DNA of 64,000 nucleotides, from contig CM082591.2 of the NCBI GenBank assembly GCA_040954595.2, positions 3,581,957-3,645,956 on the forward strand. The letters run 5' to 3'. Made by a program: the position numbers and the translations under genes. This stretch comes from Balanoglossus misakiensis. Its lineage: Eukaryota; Animalia; Hemichordata. The notes beneath the pieces are model-generated. The model was not told where the DNA came from. It saw nothing but the letters and a program-made list of their open reading frames with translations, and did not search any database. Shown in pieces: positions 43,848 through 58,245 of this stretch; within the stretch, counting starts at the first letter, position 1; each line of letters starts with the position of its first letter.

Positions 43848-46800
43848 AAGGAAGCAAGAAAGAAAGAAACACGTCAGGCTTTTTTATTGTGTTCTTCGAG
43901 AGAATCAATGCGCAATATTCTGAGCAGCTCCAACAGTTTTCAGTGTCAAGATATGATGCAGACATACTGTGTGGAAAACTGACATACGTCCCCGATCTAG
44001 TATTCGAGGGCGACAAATCCATCAAGAGGTGTGTGAAGCGATTTCTTCTACGTTCGAGCCAAAGCACTTTCTTATCTGCAGGCCATACAGGGAATAGAAA
44101 ACAAATTGCTAGGCTGATTTGCAACCGATAGGGAGATTCGTTCATATCTCCGAGTAACACACTGCATTCATTCTACGCTAACAAGGTGTTTTTTTCTGGC
44201 ATGTTTGATATGGCGAAGAGATACCGCGACGTCGAACGTAACGTGATTAATCACCCAAGCTCCTTTGCGTGTAATTTCTTAGCCGCGGTAAAGAGATAAA
44301 CGCCTTGCAATTAGATAAAGCAATAGCAATTGCTTTTTATTCGCTGGTGTCAGTTGGGGCAATTTATAGAGGTGTCACTTAAGTGTTCGACGAAACGGTG
44401 TTCTGTTATGTAGTGGCAAATTATTATGTATACAGTGTATATGTAGGTCAGTCAGTCAGTTATAGTCAGTCAGTCAGTATGTAAGTTTTATATGACCGTT
44501 TAGTCTCATGATTGATCAAGTGTTTGAAGTTTACTTTCACAGTTGGAATTGTACAATAGATTACAGTGTTCCATCCAGTATGGTACAAAAGGAGGGTTGC
44601 CCATTTTGCTAGGTTATTGGTGGGTGAGGAGGGGGGCTACTCTGGCAAGGGTGACTGTAATATCCTCGTGAGTATACATCATTTTAGTGGCGCTGGTCAC
44701 CTCTTTGAGGAATTGCTAGGGGCAGGGCTGCAAACATGTAACGTGGGGTGAATCATCCCCCTCCCCCATCTAGGAAACACTGGGAGCACAATGCAAATGA
44801 GCTCACGCGGACATGCATGTGACATAGACGACTTCAGACATGCGTGTTATCTCTTCTGATTCTATTGCAAACTAGGTAGAACTGCACACTGGTCGAATGC
44901 ATGAAACTTCAATAGATAGCGAAGCAATTACGAACGTTCCCCAGAGAATTGCTAGTTGCGATTTAATCCAGAATGATATTCGCTGAATTGATTTCTTTCT
45001 TAAGCAAATTCCATTTGAGCGGAGTCTCCTTCGTGTATATTTCCAGGTTTTATATCTAAATACTGATTAATTAATTTCCTTTACAGATCTATCTACATGT
45101 GCCGGGGTAGAAATCAATTCCTTGGGGATCTGTAAAAGATTTGCGTTATTCGATCGTCAACAGGCAATTACCAATGAGCCTGATGTAGAACCGAGCATAA
45201 GCATCGATAGATCGGCACTTCTATATCATTTCATCACTTTTCAGGCTACCTGTAAAGTTTCGTGACGACGATCTGAAGATTGTCAAATGAGGAACACCGG
45301 TACATTTACTTGTACAAAGTCAACGCGCTGTTGACATTTTCCCTCAACTCGCAGGAATTTTACTAATATATGATAGGAAGCTTGGGGTCGCGTTTCAAGT
45401 AAGGTAGGTCGGGTTTCCGGAAATTCACAGTAATATCCGAAGTAAACCCGGAAGCAGGTATCATATATATTCCTGTTACGAACAAAGACTTTCAAGTTAC
45501 ACTGAAACCGTTGGTTAAAGGGGAAGATCGTCTTAACTGCACATGTGCGACTTTCTGTTTATTGTAGATACACCATCAGCATTTTCCCCACTGTTTAAAA
45601 AAGACCCCGCCAACCAATACGTGTTATATCAAAGTAAATCTGAAATGTGATAAAATGTAATGACGAGAGACGCATTGCAATGCAATTATTTGACTTGCGA
45701 TTTTCGTGTAGTGTTTACCATTTTCGGAAGCTAACTTATGACGATCGTAGTAAATTATAAAGGTAATTTTCATGAAAAACACATATATCTCGGGTTCAAA
45801 CTAGGAATTATATTTAGCTTAGTCGAATACAAAAAGGAATTTTATCTACAAAACCAATTAGAGTGGTCAATGGGGCGATGTGAGATCCATCAATCTGAAG
45901 TCATTAAAGTGTAATTTGTTTGTCATATTGTGTAATTATATGTCTTCTTCAAAGCAAATGATAAACGAGATATTTTCTGGACGACATATGAACAATTAAT
46001 TATACTGACAGACAACTTTAAACACGGGTAATAATAATTTGACATGTAGCCAAAAGATTGATACGATAAACAAATTGTCCACGATCTGCCAATACTGGCT
46101 GCATGCCCGAATTCTGGTTTAGTTTCTTGTGTGGTTTAATTTATTGTTCTAGCTTTTTTGCAATTACAAGTAGATTGCCACTTCATCCTGACATATTAAC
46201 GTATTTCTTCACACGTGAATCAGGCAATCAACTGGTCAGCAATAGACGCTAATTGAAGTGGTATAAGGTGGCAATGACGCCATCTAAATAGGAAATGTCG
46301 CACATTTCTGGAGCACATTTGCATGAAAAAATGAAGAAGACACCTAATTGAGAATGCAGATTAAAAATCGGTAACATTGAAGAAAATGGTTTCTTTTGAA
46401 GGTCTGCTAATGAATATCGCCTAGATAGATTTCATTAACTACCATGGCAAAATGGTATCGAAAAGACATATACGTTGTGGATCGATGTTTGTGTACATAT
46501 ACATGTACGTTGATGAGGTGTTATAATTTCAAATCAATCATACATTTGGAAAAGAATATCTTGTCAATATCTAATGACGTGGTGCACATCTTTATCAGTC
46601 AGTCCGTGATATGGAAGCTTTTCTAGAAGCTTGAACACACTATGTTTAAGTTGTGCTGCATCGCAAAATTGAAACCACTGAATGCAAACCAAGATTATTG
46701 GACACCTGTTTATCTCTAACCACGAGACCGCAAACCCCGAGTACGTTACTCCGAAGAGACACCACAAGTAATTTGCACATGAGTTGGTAATTTACAATGA

Positions 46801-48658
46801 TTTCTCGGTAAATAATCGTGTCTTGCGACCAGATAATGCTACTTTTGGCTTACCGCTTGCTGCAGTCACCTCTTTGCGGTAGCAGTGCTTGTTTCTCGGA
46901 GGCTGTGCGTGTATTCTCTAACCATGCAGTCGATGGCGCCAAGCAGCGATTACTTTTTCGCGATCACCGCAGACTTCTGAGCTGGGAGTTGCCATCCACT
47001 TGGTTATTTACGTCCAGGTATACATTACGTCTCCTGGCAACCACATGTGACATTTGCCTTATAAGGAAGACGCGATCTGAATAAAAATCTCGCTTCTTTG
47101 CCCTCTGGGTTTTTCGTTAGAAACCTTTTTAATCAGTACCCATGTTTTTCGTTTTACTTGTCTCGCTTAATTCACGTCTGACTGTTGATTTCGCTTACAC
47201 GATGTTTAATGCAACAATGTCATCGAGACCAGCTGCATCACGTCGCAAAAAGGTCCATCGAGGTGCCATGTTCCCGTTAGAAAATCCGAACAGATGGAAA
47301 ACAGATAACAAACTCTCACATCGATCGATTCTCATTGGGTTACCTGTTTCTACGATACACGTTACCTTCATTAACCACCTGCTAACACGACTTTGATAAA
47401 AATCCTCCGGCTCCAATTTAATTTCTGACGTTATCATCTGAGACCACATATAAGGCACGCATTCTATGACAATTTTAAACAACAATCTTGACTTTCTGTG
47501 CCCTTCTCAAGTAACATAACCGACAAATGAGCTTAATAAAACGATCGCACCACGCCTAATATCCAAGCTGCAAAAACGATCTCACACAGAAGAACAACTT
47601 CAAGACGTCAAAATATTTGTAGGTGTATGTACCATCTACATTTCCCGAAGGAGGGCGTCTTTAAATAATTGCGTAACTGTTTTGAAGGACATATGCAATG
47701 AATGATACTATGAACTCTCTGTTGTTCACGTGGAATTTGATTCATTCTCCGACCACATACTGCTAAACGAATTAATTTTTTCGCTGCAAGAAAGGGGTTT
47801 CGGGGGATCAAGGGTGCTAAGGCATTTAATCGACTGTCTGCTGCTTACAATGTTGTTCCCGCGAAACATGGCTATTCGTCGCTGACAGATCTTTTAACCA
47901 GTTGATTTCTTTTGAAATAACGGGAAAACGGAAGCATCCATACGTGCATGACGGTTGGCTTGCAAGATTTCGTGCATAAGCCCTGAGGTTGTGGGGTAAC
48001 ATTCATCTCTATGGGTATGAGTGGTAACTATCACATATCCAGTTGAAATGGCTGGTGTCATTTCGTTTGCGACTGCATGTATGGGTCCCATATGACACAT
48101 TTGCTGGCAAGTCAAATTGTAACAGCTAAAATGTACATATACTGCATCATTACGTCGTTCTTTTATCACAATTACGATATACTTTAATACAGCATGTATT
48201 GGTTGGCAAGGTCACAGAACGGTCGCACATGTGCAGTTGAGACGACCTCCTTCCTTTAAAGTCACAGGGATAAGTGTGACGAAACACGCATGTAACGGAT
48301 AGCTGTAAATGAATATTTTAATCCGGGGCTTATCATTGAGATTTGATATCCTCAAGAAGGATATCCGTTGCTGACTCTTGTAAGCTTAGAACGTTCTTGA
48401 CGTGACAAGCTGGCGATGAGACCGACGTCGTTTTGCATTGCGCCGCCGCGTGCTCAGTTTTAAGACTCGCGTTCTGTTTGTAAACTCATCCTGTTCTCGG
48501 AGATTCGAGAGAACTTGCATGGCCCAGTCTAGCAGCTTATAGTTCACATTATTGGTGAAGAAAGCGTGAAAGGGAGAGAGAGGTACATAGACCAACAGAT
48601 GTGGGCACACATAGACACACATAGACATAAGGACGGACGGACGGACAGACAGCGAACA

Positions 48659-48661
<3 letters not shown>

Positions 48662-48688
<27 letters not shown>
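48662..48688. repeat. (CA)n microsatellite
   Basis: Direct inspection. Confidence 0.95.
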
Positions 48689-48689
<1 letters not shown>

Positions 48690-51600
48690 CAACACGATAC
48701 ATGACGGTCTCATCATGTTCAAACTAGGAACAAAACTTGACAGTTGCTATGTATGAATTTCAGTCGCTGAGAAATGCGTGCGTCGCGCACATGATCGGAA
48801 AGCTGTCATTCGAAATTGCCCTACATTCTCCTTACGCAGAGCGCAGTTGGATCGCCACTATAACCACTGTTTTCACTGTGAGCGAAACCCACATATTAGG
48901 ATGTCGTAATTGACTGTGTCAGTGAGCTAGGATTGTACTTAAGTGACAATATTATCCTGCAAAGTCAGCAGGATCCATCATTACGCTGCACGGTCCAATT
49001 GACGGGGAATCTGAGACAATCTGCTAATCATTACTCCTTCAGCATGTTGCGAGTAACGAGCATGGAGAACAGCCGACAAAAACAGGAAAACCACATTTGG
49101 TTTTTACAAAACTGTAATGCCCCATTTTCTAATCCGCTGAACAGTGTACAAACACGGCCCTGGCCTTGGCAATGATATCGCCAAAGCGCCGACGTGTTAT
49201 GTGGATGAAACACTAACTAAGCCTTTTTCTGGTTCCGAAACTATCTTTCGATAACACTTCGGGGGTTTGTGGATATATGTACACGTAGTGTGGCACCAGT
49301 CTGCTCCACAGAAGCAACATTCCTTCTGTAATCTTTAAGCGGCATTCGGATTACCGGGAGGTTATAGAAACCCGGTTAGCACCAGCACTGAAGTCAGCGC
49401 TCAGGGCGCCATTTCGACTTCCTTTTGATTAAGACAATTATGTTCGAGAGCGGGGCTGAGCGTTTGTATTTAAACTGAACAGTTCCAATCAGATTATTTT
49501 CTGTAAGCAACACGGGGATCTTCGTTATCATTTTGCAATCAGTTGAACAGCAGGGGATGGAGTGTGCGATTTAGCTTTATCTCGCCGATCTGATTTTTTT
49601 GCATCGATCGCGCCCAGGAGCTCTCAAAAATGGAAACCTCTTATAAAGTTTCGAAAATGATCGCAGGGCAAACAGTTGAATTGCTGCAAGTCTGGTACTG
49701 TTGACACATATTTAAATTTCATGTTTTTTGCTCATTTATTTCACACTGACCCAGCTCTGTTGTCGCATCTTTTCAAATTACTTTTCTACATGTTTTTACT
49801 TATGATTATATTCTTACGTTAACATCCACGAAATTACACCTGACGCCACACTGACACGCATGTAATCCCAACGATGAACAGGTTAACGAGTTTTCGGATT
49901 TCATTACTGTTCTTTAAATGCGCTCTTCCCATGAATCGCTTTGGCTGCATCGCTATATACGCATTGCTACTTTATCAAGAAACAATAATGCACGTAGATG
50001 GTGCACACACAAATATTATTTCAACATTATTTCAACGCTTGTACATTATTTCAATGCTTCTGTAGTTATTACTGAGCATGTTTTTTTATAATTTTGGGGA
50101 AATAACTTTATAGCCATCTGTAAAGAGCATATCGCGAGAAAATCAAATCAACAGGATGATGTGATAAGGAATGTCTACTAAGGCTTTTAATAAACTCCGT
50201 GTGTCAACCACATCTCGGAGGGCAAACAGTTCCTTTTTACGTACCGTTATCGTAAACTTCAAGTGGTCAATTGATACGATTTGATTTGCACGTTTGTGTG
50301 TTAAACGATCTCATTACCCGCCGGTGCCCCATTCAGGCAAATCACCCGATGTACACTACACCCTGAAATCATAAAGAGCGTTCTCACCTTTGGGTAATCT
50401 TCATGATGAGCGAGTGACTGTGGCTGACTGTATGGAGAGGGTCTCTTCAGAACCTGCGTTCGGTGTCCGGGCAGCATCAGTCTTCATCGATGCCGTGTAA
50501 CATCTGCACACGTCGGTGTCTCAAGTCGAACCTCTTATGCACCTACGAAGTTCATCCTATCGAGCAAAATTATATAAAACCAGAATGAATATCTTTCGTA
50601 AGTCACTTGTCCGGTCTTTGACCCGTCACGTGACACCACTAGAGAACGATAGTACTTCAAAACGCATATGCGCAAGGCTGTCTTATGAAGTACATGTATA
50701 GGGTGCCCATATGAACTTCTTGTTGCTATTTCTTATGAAATGATCTCAGATAACGTACAACTCGCAGTTCTCGTGACGCATCACAATATCGGGAACACCA
50801 CAATATGCATTGACAAAATCATTTATCCACGGATAAAAACTGCACAGGCGCACCTATAGCATTCAATCTTGCTTTCACAATTATTGTATTTCGATTTCCT
50901 CTCGTCTTTGCATCTTTCAATTTACGAAATGGACATAGAACAGATCACTATATTACGATTAACTAAACCTCATTAATCAAAATAACTAAGTAGCCAATTC
51001 TGATGTGATGTTTAGAATATGTCTGATAAAAGCACATTATAGACATTTGGCCCGATGTGTACGACATACCACTGAAGACTTTTGACGTTGATTTTTAATT
51101 GTTGTGTATCACAGTGATATACGTATTTGTACATCGTCATCACCATTGTCTAACACTAGTCTGAGAAGAAATGTTCGTACATTATCCACGATATTAAGTT
51201 ATTCGGACTATTCTAATGATTTCATCCCCACCATCTGATAGGAATGTGTTCAAAACACCTCCTGGTTATGCAGCTCGTCCATTCCTGCAACACTCAACCC
51301 AAAGACACGTAACGCATTGTCGTTCCCCCTATGGAACCTACATGTACGTAATACACGAAATTATGAATGTATGCAATATGCCGGAAATGTCTACCATTTA
51401 TACGTGAATTGATGAGCCCGGGATTTGCTCCGTCGAGTCGGAAAAGTGGCGGAATTAGTCGGTCCACCTTTTAACCCACTTTCTCTGGGAACTGAATTGA
51501 CTTCATTTGGCGGTGTTCAAATAGTGCGAGTCGCAGACGACACCCAGCTGCCAATCACCGTGGACCACTCTAATCATCCCATTCCAAATGAATGGTTAAT

Positions 51601-52806
51601 TTATTGAATTAAACAGTGGCTGGTACATTCCGATGAAAGGGGTGAATGACAACTCATCACCGCTGTCTCGTCCGCTTGGTGTGCTGTACTCGGCCGGGAT
51701 GGACGGGGGGGGCTGAAAGGATCCAGACACTCGTGGAGAGTCACGTGATCCGCTCTCCGCCACTCGCGCACCAGTCGTGTTGCGTTCAACAACCGCTGGG
51801 AGTGTGAAAGCAAGCAAGCCGTCGCGATGTTGTCACGCGATTGCCTAACTGCGTGTTCAATTGCCCGGCGAGCGCAAATAAAAAAGTTTGCAGAGAAACA
51901 CCCGTCTGTTTGGATGAGCGTTCGCCGCAGACTTCACGTCGCAGAACCGCGCATCGGATCATTGACGAATGTCGTGACTGCTGGCGGACCACAAAAAAAA
52001 CTCGCCGTCTGGGTTAACACAGGACGTGCACGTCTTCCGTTCTCACCCTCTCATGTAAATGAGCTTTCCTGGAAACGTGGAACGAATACCCTACAAACCA
52101 TTTCCTCGGGACGTTCGTGTTATGTCACTTCCTTGTTAATGTTAATTGTACGAGCGAGGAAATTTGAGTTGGAAACACACAAAATTAAAAACTTTACATG
52201 TCTTTAGGCCCGGGATATCGGAAACGATCCGAATTACCATAATGGCATGTGCAGACTTGCGATTTACTCAAAAGACGAACAGCTTAGCTCATTAATACAG
52301 ACAATGGTTTAGAAGCACTGGAGCTTATTTGTTCCTTTACACTTTCATTTCACTGTCGGTAAAGTTTTCTTCTGCACATTAACTTTCGTTTCCAACACTT
52401 ACCTTCATCCGTAGTGAATGTCCTTTATCCGGCTTTAATTCTGCAGATAACTCTAGTGATTTGAAATCTGTAGATTTTGTAAACTCTTTAGACGAGATGT
52501 GATCACTAGGGTCCTTTTCATGTGTCGCAAAGTAGTAGGCGCTAAAAATAAAATTGCTTGTGTTATCAGAAAAGTGATAATAATACGCGGAGTAAATAAT
52601 TGCTTGCGTACTTATTATTTTTGGCGCGACCAGACGTCATTCAACACCCCATGGACCTCACGAAAGGTCATTGTGATTTTACAAGTGTGAAACAGGTTTT
52701 TACGCAATCTGTATATTTTTAAAAATTGAAGAATATCTGGGCAAACATAATCCAATCATACCCTTAAAAGGGACAAATCGTTAACATCTGACAATAGTTT
52801 GGCTAT

Positions 52807-52945
52807 ATAAGCCTGATATCAATAAACTCATTAAAATGCTTAGACAATTTCACATGTTATGTCCATGTGTCTGACATAAGCCCTATATCTATAAATTCTT
52901 ATTAAAACGCTTACACAACTTCACATGTTATGTCCACGTGAGTGT
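52807..52945. repeat. Tandem duplication, unit ~70 bp
   Basis: ataagcc..tatc.ataaa..attaaaa.gctta.acaa.ttcacatgttatgtcca.gtg occurs twice. Confidence 0.8.
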
Positions 52946-53169
52946 CGGATATGGTCCCGTGTTGTGCGCTTATGGCACTTGAGGAGAACGACAATCCTTC
53001 TTTTTTTTTAGTTGGCCTACTGGTGGCGCTTTAATTTCCTTACCTGTTTTCTGGTCTTCCCATGAACGGATGGTTGCTGCCATGCGCCACGGTGTGGCAA
53101 GGTTGTCATAAACTGTCGCGCTGAGAGGCAAATTAGAGAAAATGTTAAATTGTTGTCCAAACAGACCTT

Positions 53170-53447
53170 ACAGGGCGATAACCGTCTTATGCGTGTGGTA
53201 ACCAGAGAATCTCCTTACAAAAATTGTATACAGTCAATGCCATAAGGCAGTGAGTCGGCCTAGCAACAGACAGGATGGTGGCGAACATATTTGTGTCGGA
53301 GATTGGGGAAAGACAGCATATTTGGAGAAAAGAAGGGACACAACTAAAGTCTACTTATACGGTGGGCATGAAATATGGAAGGAAGCGAAGGCAGTCCGTG
53401 ACTATTTGAATGCTTCGAAGTCAAAATTTGCAGAACATTTGGAATGA
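53170..53447 (+). pseudogene. Possible decayed Mutator-like transposase fragment
   Basis: SQCHKAV..EHICVGDWGKTAYLE resembles the C..C...HxCxxNWxxS(S/A)xxME pattern of Mutator-like transposases; the frame has stops upstream. Confidence 0.3.
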
Positions 53448-56222
53448 ACGTATTGATTGTACACACGAATGTACGCACATGCGCATAAGACGACCGTCGT
53501 CCAAATAGTATTTACGCAACTCAGAAAATCATCCGAAGACTTTCCAAATGACAACGTTTTAGCCCCTAGAAGTCGTCCAGCCGTAGTTCCCGCCAATCTC
53601 CGTATGACCTCGTTTAGAATCATGTGAATTATTTCACCGAACCGTAAACAACCCCATCAAATGTTGCCAATGCTATCGGAATTCTAAGGAATATTGCTAC
53701 ATTATCATTTCGGTTCGCCAGAGGTCATGACCTGAGAGAAAGTCTTCTGAGCGGCCGGCGCGGAGTACCAATAGAAAGTTCTATACGGGTCATATATATA
53801 GTTTATTTGCGTACCCCAATAAAAGATTAATTTTCAGAATACATCATTTTAAAGTTTATGTTCTATCGACAGTTGATCTCAAAACGCGCGTACATGGCAA
53901 GGCCCGCTCCTGGTTAATGGCGATTGCAAGGAAGGATGTGTAGCTGTACCTGAGTCGACTTTTTCACTGGTACGATTCTGGATTTTCCCGCCTCCATCAA
54001 TTAATGGTAGATTTTCGCTTGGGATGTTTATGCAGAGCATTGTTTGCGTTCCCGCCATGAGGGGCCACGGCGCCGCACGTCCGCCCGCCTCCGCAGAGGC
54101 GCAGACATATATTGATACAATTTGTATTCCCACGCCATGCACATATATCTCATTTACATGAACACAATACACTGTACAACCAAGTCCGGCCAGCACTGCA
54201 GATATTTAGAGAAAAATAAAAGCCACGTTAAAGTTTTCTACCGACGATTTTCAAATTAAAACAGATTTCATAGCATACGGTGTCAGATAAACTTTCATTC
54301 TCATATGATCTGGTGTCGCTAACCTGTTCTGCCATGAATATGCATGATGCAATCGCCCGGCTTCGCGCACGTACTAAACACATGCACATGATATGCAGTA
54401 ATACTTCAAGACGTGGAACCAATAGATGTCTAAGTATATCGTCTACGTAGTGCATACTTGGCAAATCTCTGCTTCGAAAATTCACTAAGGATGTAAACTA
54501 TTACCTTAACAAACCTCCAAACATCGGGAATCGTACGTTTTGCTCAACGTGTCGGTGAAATTTGCTGTGCCGTTCGCAGCTACCAGACAACGCACATGTC
54601 TCCTCAAGGCTCAGGTCACGAATGGCTACCCATAGTCCTTAGCGAAAGCATGCTTTATTGCGCAATCCCCGAGCCAATCCGAGATTATCTCCGATCGCTT
54701 TTGCTCGTGTTCGGATCAAATGTTTCAATTGTTTGTTGAGATTGTTTGAGTCTATAGGCCCGTCACTTGATGCGAAAATATTGGGAAACTTGATCGAAAC
54801 AGCTTTCGTTGATTTGCACACAATTTTTGTAGCGCTTGTGATGATCATACATGTATGCCCATACTCTGTGCTTCTACGTAGGTTACCATGTGGTAACGTA
54901 ATTACTTACAATATGGTAGACGGCTTTTAAAAGCAGTTTAGGCGGTTTCATGGTTTTATGCTGTTGGGCGACTTGTTGAAATGCTGATGTGTTTGGAAAG
55001 TAAACACATTGTACCATGCGGATGTGCCAAATAAATAAATAAAGGGATCAACAAAAAGAATCTGTATAAGCAATACTGGTGATAAACTATGATGAAGGCG
55101 GGAGTTGAAATTAGCACAAATAACTGAAAATCTGTGACTGGCTAGATCTGATTTTGCCATGGTAACTATAGCTAATTTTCGAAAGGTGACCGTAGGCCTA
55201 TAACTTTAACGCACTGTGCATTCAAAACCAGAGTTCACTGAAGTCTGTAAGTAGAACAGCCGGTAATAAAGTCGAAATAAGCCTTAGGAAAACGAAGAAT
55301 TCAAATAAAAAATTGTGATTTAATGTTATCTCTACAGTCTATAGAAATTCTGGAAATGGTTTCGCGTGGTTGTATGCACACACAAAAAGTGTCATACTGG
55401 GGACCACGTTACCCTGGTGACGTATTTCAGAGTGCACATTTTGCCATGATTATACCCAGCTGTTACGTTATCCGGATTAATGTATGGTCTTTTTACCATG
55501 GGCCTTAGTGATGACGTTCCTGTCCCATTCAGCGAAATGACAAACGACCAGAATCTGTACAGGTTGGTACAACATACATCTGACGAGTAATGCGGCATGT
55601 CTGGTGATAGACACGTCCAACAAAATGCACGATATAATGTGTAGGTTATTGGCAATAACCTGCACATTATCGCTAGACTTTTGACATTATTTACTAAACT
55701 GTGTACATATATCTAGGTAATTGTCGGACACGCATAATACACATTGTGGTTGGTGTTAGGCCTAAATCAAGATTTCTGTAGCAAAATAAACTTGCCCTTT
55801 TATTTAGCAACAACCATATGAAAAAAAAATAGCTAGAAAAAAAATTGAAAACACACAAAAACAGATCTAGAGAACCTAGTACATTAACACTGACAAAAAG
55901 AAAAATGCGTCGTCGCCCCATTTTGGTTAAAAGCATTTACCAGAAACAATTTTGTTTTCGGTTTAACCTATTATGCTGCACGTTTCAAAAGAGTCGTCAA
56001 ATACTGAATGACTATGAAAAAATAAACTTGGGATGCGTCCAGGCGCTCCGTAAAGGAAAAAAAATGTCCCGTCCTGGCGGGATTTGCATCTCATTTTAGT
56101 AATGATAGTGTGGGTTTATGGAATAGAAAATGATGACAGTTTAACCAGCTGCTGCCTGATGAGTTGGTATGGTAGACTGAGTAGAATGGGAACGCAGATG
56201 TGACGTACTGAAAGATCCGGGT

Positions 56223-57452
56223 TCAGGGTCTAGTCATCCACGAGAAATTACGGTGAACTGTTTCTGCCAAGAGGCGGTCGAAGGGCCTGTAAAAGTCCTT
56301 CAGATCTTGAGTGACTTTCTCGTCAATTGCCGGGTGTTCTCGCCCCTTGTTCAGGGGCAGACAGTGGTTTCTCGGGAAAGTGACGCAGTGGAGGCCCCTC
56401 TCCTCGTTAAACTCGAAATGCTCCTCCCGGAAAAAGTGCTGCAGGCCCAGGAAGGTTTCGATTCTCTGGAGTTCCGTTGTGGGATCCTCAGATAATCTGT
56501 CTCCGTCCACGAGGTGTATTCTCTCGCGGGGGATGTAGTCATACCACCGCAGCAGATGCTTGATGTAGACCCCCAAATCGATGATTTCGTTCAGTGTGTC
56601 GAGACCCATCTCTCGGTGCATCACAGATTTCTCGAACGTGTCCGCGATGTACTTGTGCAGGCCGAAGACTTCAATTTCGCTCGTCCGCTTTCGGTTATAC
56701 TCAAGGTAGTCAGACACCGCCCTGCGCACGGGGTCGCACAAGGAAATGATGAATTTCGTCTCCTTGGGCAAGTCTTTGGACAAGATCTTCGGGAGGTCGT
56801 GCGGCCGGAATAGGTACGACGGGGTCTTCTCCATGGTTACCTGGTAGGGCGTGGTGTACGGCATCTGTTTGCGGTAAGAGTCGTAGCCGGCCCTGAACGT
56901 TTTCGCCGTGTCGAAGAAGTGAACTTCCAGAATCGGCCCGGTTATGTTCGGGTGGGTGGTCAGAAAATGCTGCAGGGCTCCCGTGCCGCATTTCCTCACC
57001 CCGAGTGTGATGACCTGCGGGAGCCGTTGCAGGCACTCCCGGCGTTTCATCTCCCCCTTGTCGAGCAAACGTTTCGGCACGTACACTGGCATCCCGGGCT
57101 CGTAGCAGGAACTCCCGAACTTGGCCTTCAAGTAGGCGTCTTCCTCGAAGCTTGCTGGCCACGTGACCTCAATCCTCTCTTCGGCGGTTGGCTCTTCATC
57201 CACAAGAGAAGAATACAGATCTTCATCCGAACCATCGGACATGGACATGCTCGCCATGACGACCAGTGGATCCTCTGTGGCGCGCGGCCGCGCTGTTTCC
57301 ATGGAGCGCTGATGGTATCCATCGCTGACATCGACCTTTTGCTCGGGACACTGCATGTCGATGGACAGGAGGAAGATGGACACGTAACAGGTCGAGACGA
57401 GGAGAAGAAAGAGGAGGGAATTCTTCAAGAATAAACATGTCCGGCCGATCAT
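56223..57452 (-). CDS. HS3ST: Heparan sulfate glucosamine 3-O-sulfotransferase family protein (type II Golgi membrane sulfotransferase), 409 aa, intronless CDS
   Basis: N-terminal TM anchor (LLFLLLVSTCYVSIFLLSI), acidic stem, then RLPQVITLGVRKCGTGAL (5'-PSB loop), EVHFFD (catalytic Glu/His/Asp), EKTPSY, DPVRRAVSDY (3'-PB) and C..C..KGREHP. Orthology within the family is not resolvable here. Confidence 0.93.
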   Translation of the reverse strand: MIGRTCLFLKNSLLFLLLVSTCYVSIFLLSIDMQCPEQKVDVSDGYHQRSMETARPRATEDPLVVMASMSMSDGSDEDLYSSLVDEEPTAEERIEVTWPASFEEDAYLKAKFGSSCYEPGMPVYVPKRLLDKGEMKRRECLQRLPQVITLGVRKCGTGALQHFLTTHPNITGPILEVHFFDTAKTFRAGYDSYRKQMPYTTPYQVTMEKTPSYLFRPHDLPKILSKDLPKETKFIISLCDPVRRAVSDYLEYNRKRTSEIEVFGLHKYIADTFEKSVMHREMGLDTLNEIIDLGVYIKHLLRWYDYIPRERIHLVDGDRLSEDPTTELQRIETFLGLQHFFREEHFEFNEERGLHCVTFPRNHCLPLNKGREHPAIDEKVTQDLKDFYRPFDRLLAETVHRNFSWMTRP

Positions 57453-57891
57453 CCTTTCCTGTGGACGGACGTTGCTACAGACCTACACGCAGTCTGGTTG
57501 TGTCTGTCAACTGTAGTTTCTCTTTCCCTGCAACCTGTCCACGCATGTGGCGCCTGTGGTGCCGACATTTCATTGAAAAGAGGACATGCCCAGCCCATAA
57601 AATGATAAATGGTCGTCCCTTTTCTCCCAATCTGTGCACAGATTTGCGCGAGGGGAGCTTACAACTGAATTAGCATAAACATATATGTCGAAACGTTGAA
57701 TACGAAAAAAGTGTCACTCATCATGTAACATCTGGTCGGGCGTCGAAAAGCCACCTTAAAATAATCACAATAAAAAAATACATGTGACATGCTGGGATCG
57801 TTTCTTCTTTTCCACGATAAAAATTCGTGCTTACATGCAGCACCAATGCATCAAAGTATTATCATATACACGTTCAAAGGTGTAGTATTTA

Positions 57892-58204
57892 AGCAATAAA
57901 ACACCCCCAGCCATGGTATATCACGAGATTTTGACCAGTTCACGACATATACGCACGAGCGATAGCGAGTGCGTATATGGAGTTGAACTGGTCAAAATCG
58001 AGTGGTATACCATGGCTGGGGGTGTTTTATTGCTATTATATTATGCCAGTATATTGAAACTTTGCATAAAACATTTTTAAAAGGAATTTTCTTTAACTAT
58101 GATATATGACTGTGGTATATGGCTAATATATCACGGTCACGTGTCGTGTCTCGACCAATCAAATAGCGTGATTTACACCATCAATATACTGGTATAATAT
58201 AATA
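57892..58204. mobile_element. Non-autonomous palindromic (MITE-like) element
   Basis: Imperfect long palindrome 57892-58034 (agcaataaaacacccccagccatggtata.../...tataccatggctgggggtgttttattgct) followed by a second inverted pair, tattatattatgccagtatattga (58034-58057) / tcaatatactggtataatataata (58181-58204). Confidence 0.75.
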
Positions 58205-58239
58205 CCTGATAACAAGATACCATACTTGAAATTTGAATG

Positions 58240-58245
58240 TTTATT
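58240..58245 (-). terminator. Candidate polyadenylation signal AATAAA for the ArsS-like gene
   Basis: The minus-strand AATAAA I could find downstream of the SECIS, about 300 nt past it. Confidence 0.5.

Noticed and set aside
56253-57438. Several 60-171 aa ORFs overlapping the sulfotransferase
   Set aside because: Antisense or off-frame shadows of a GC3-rich CDS.
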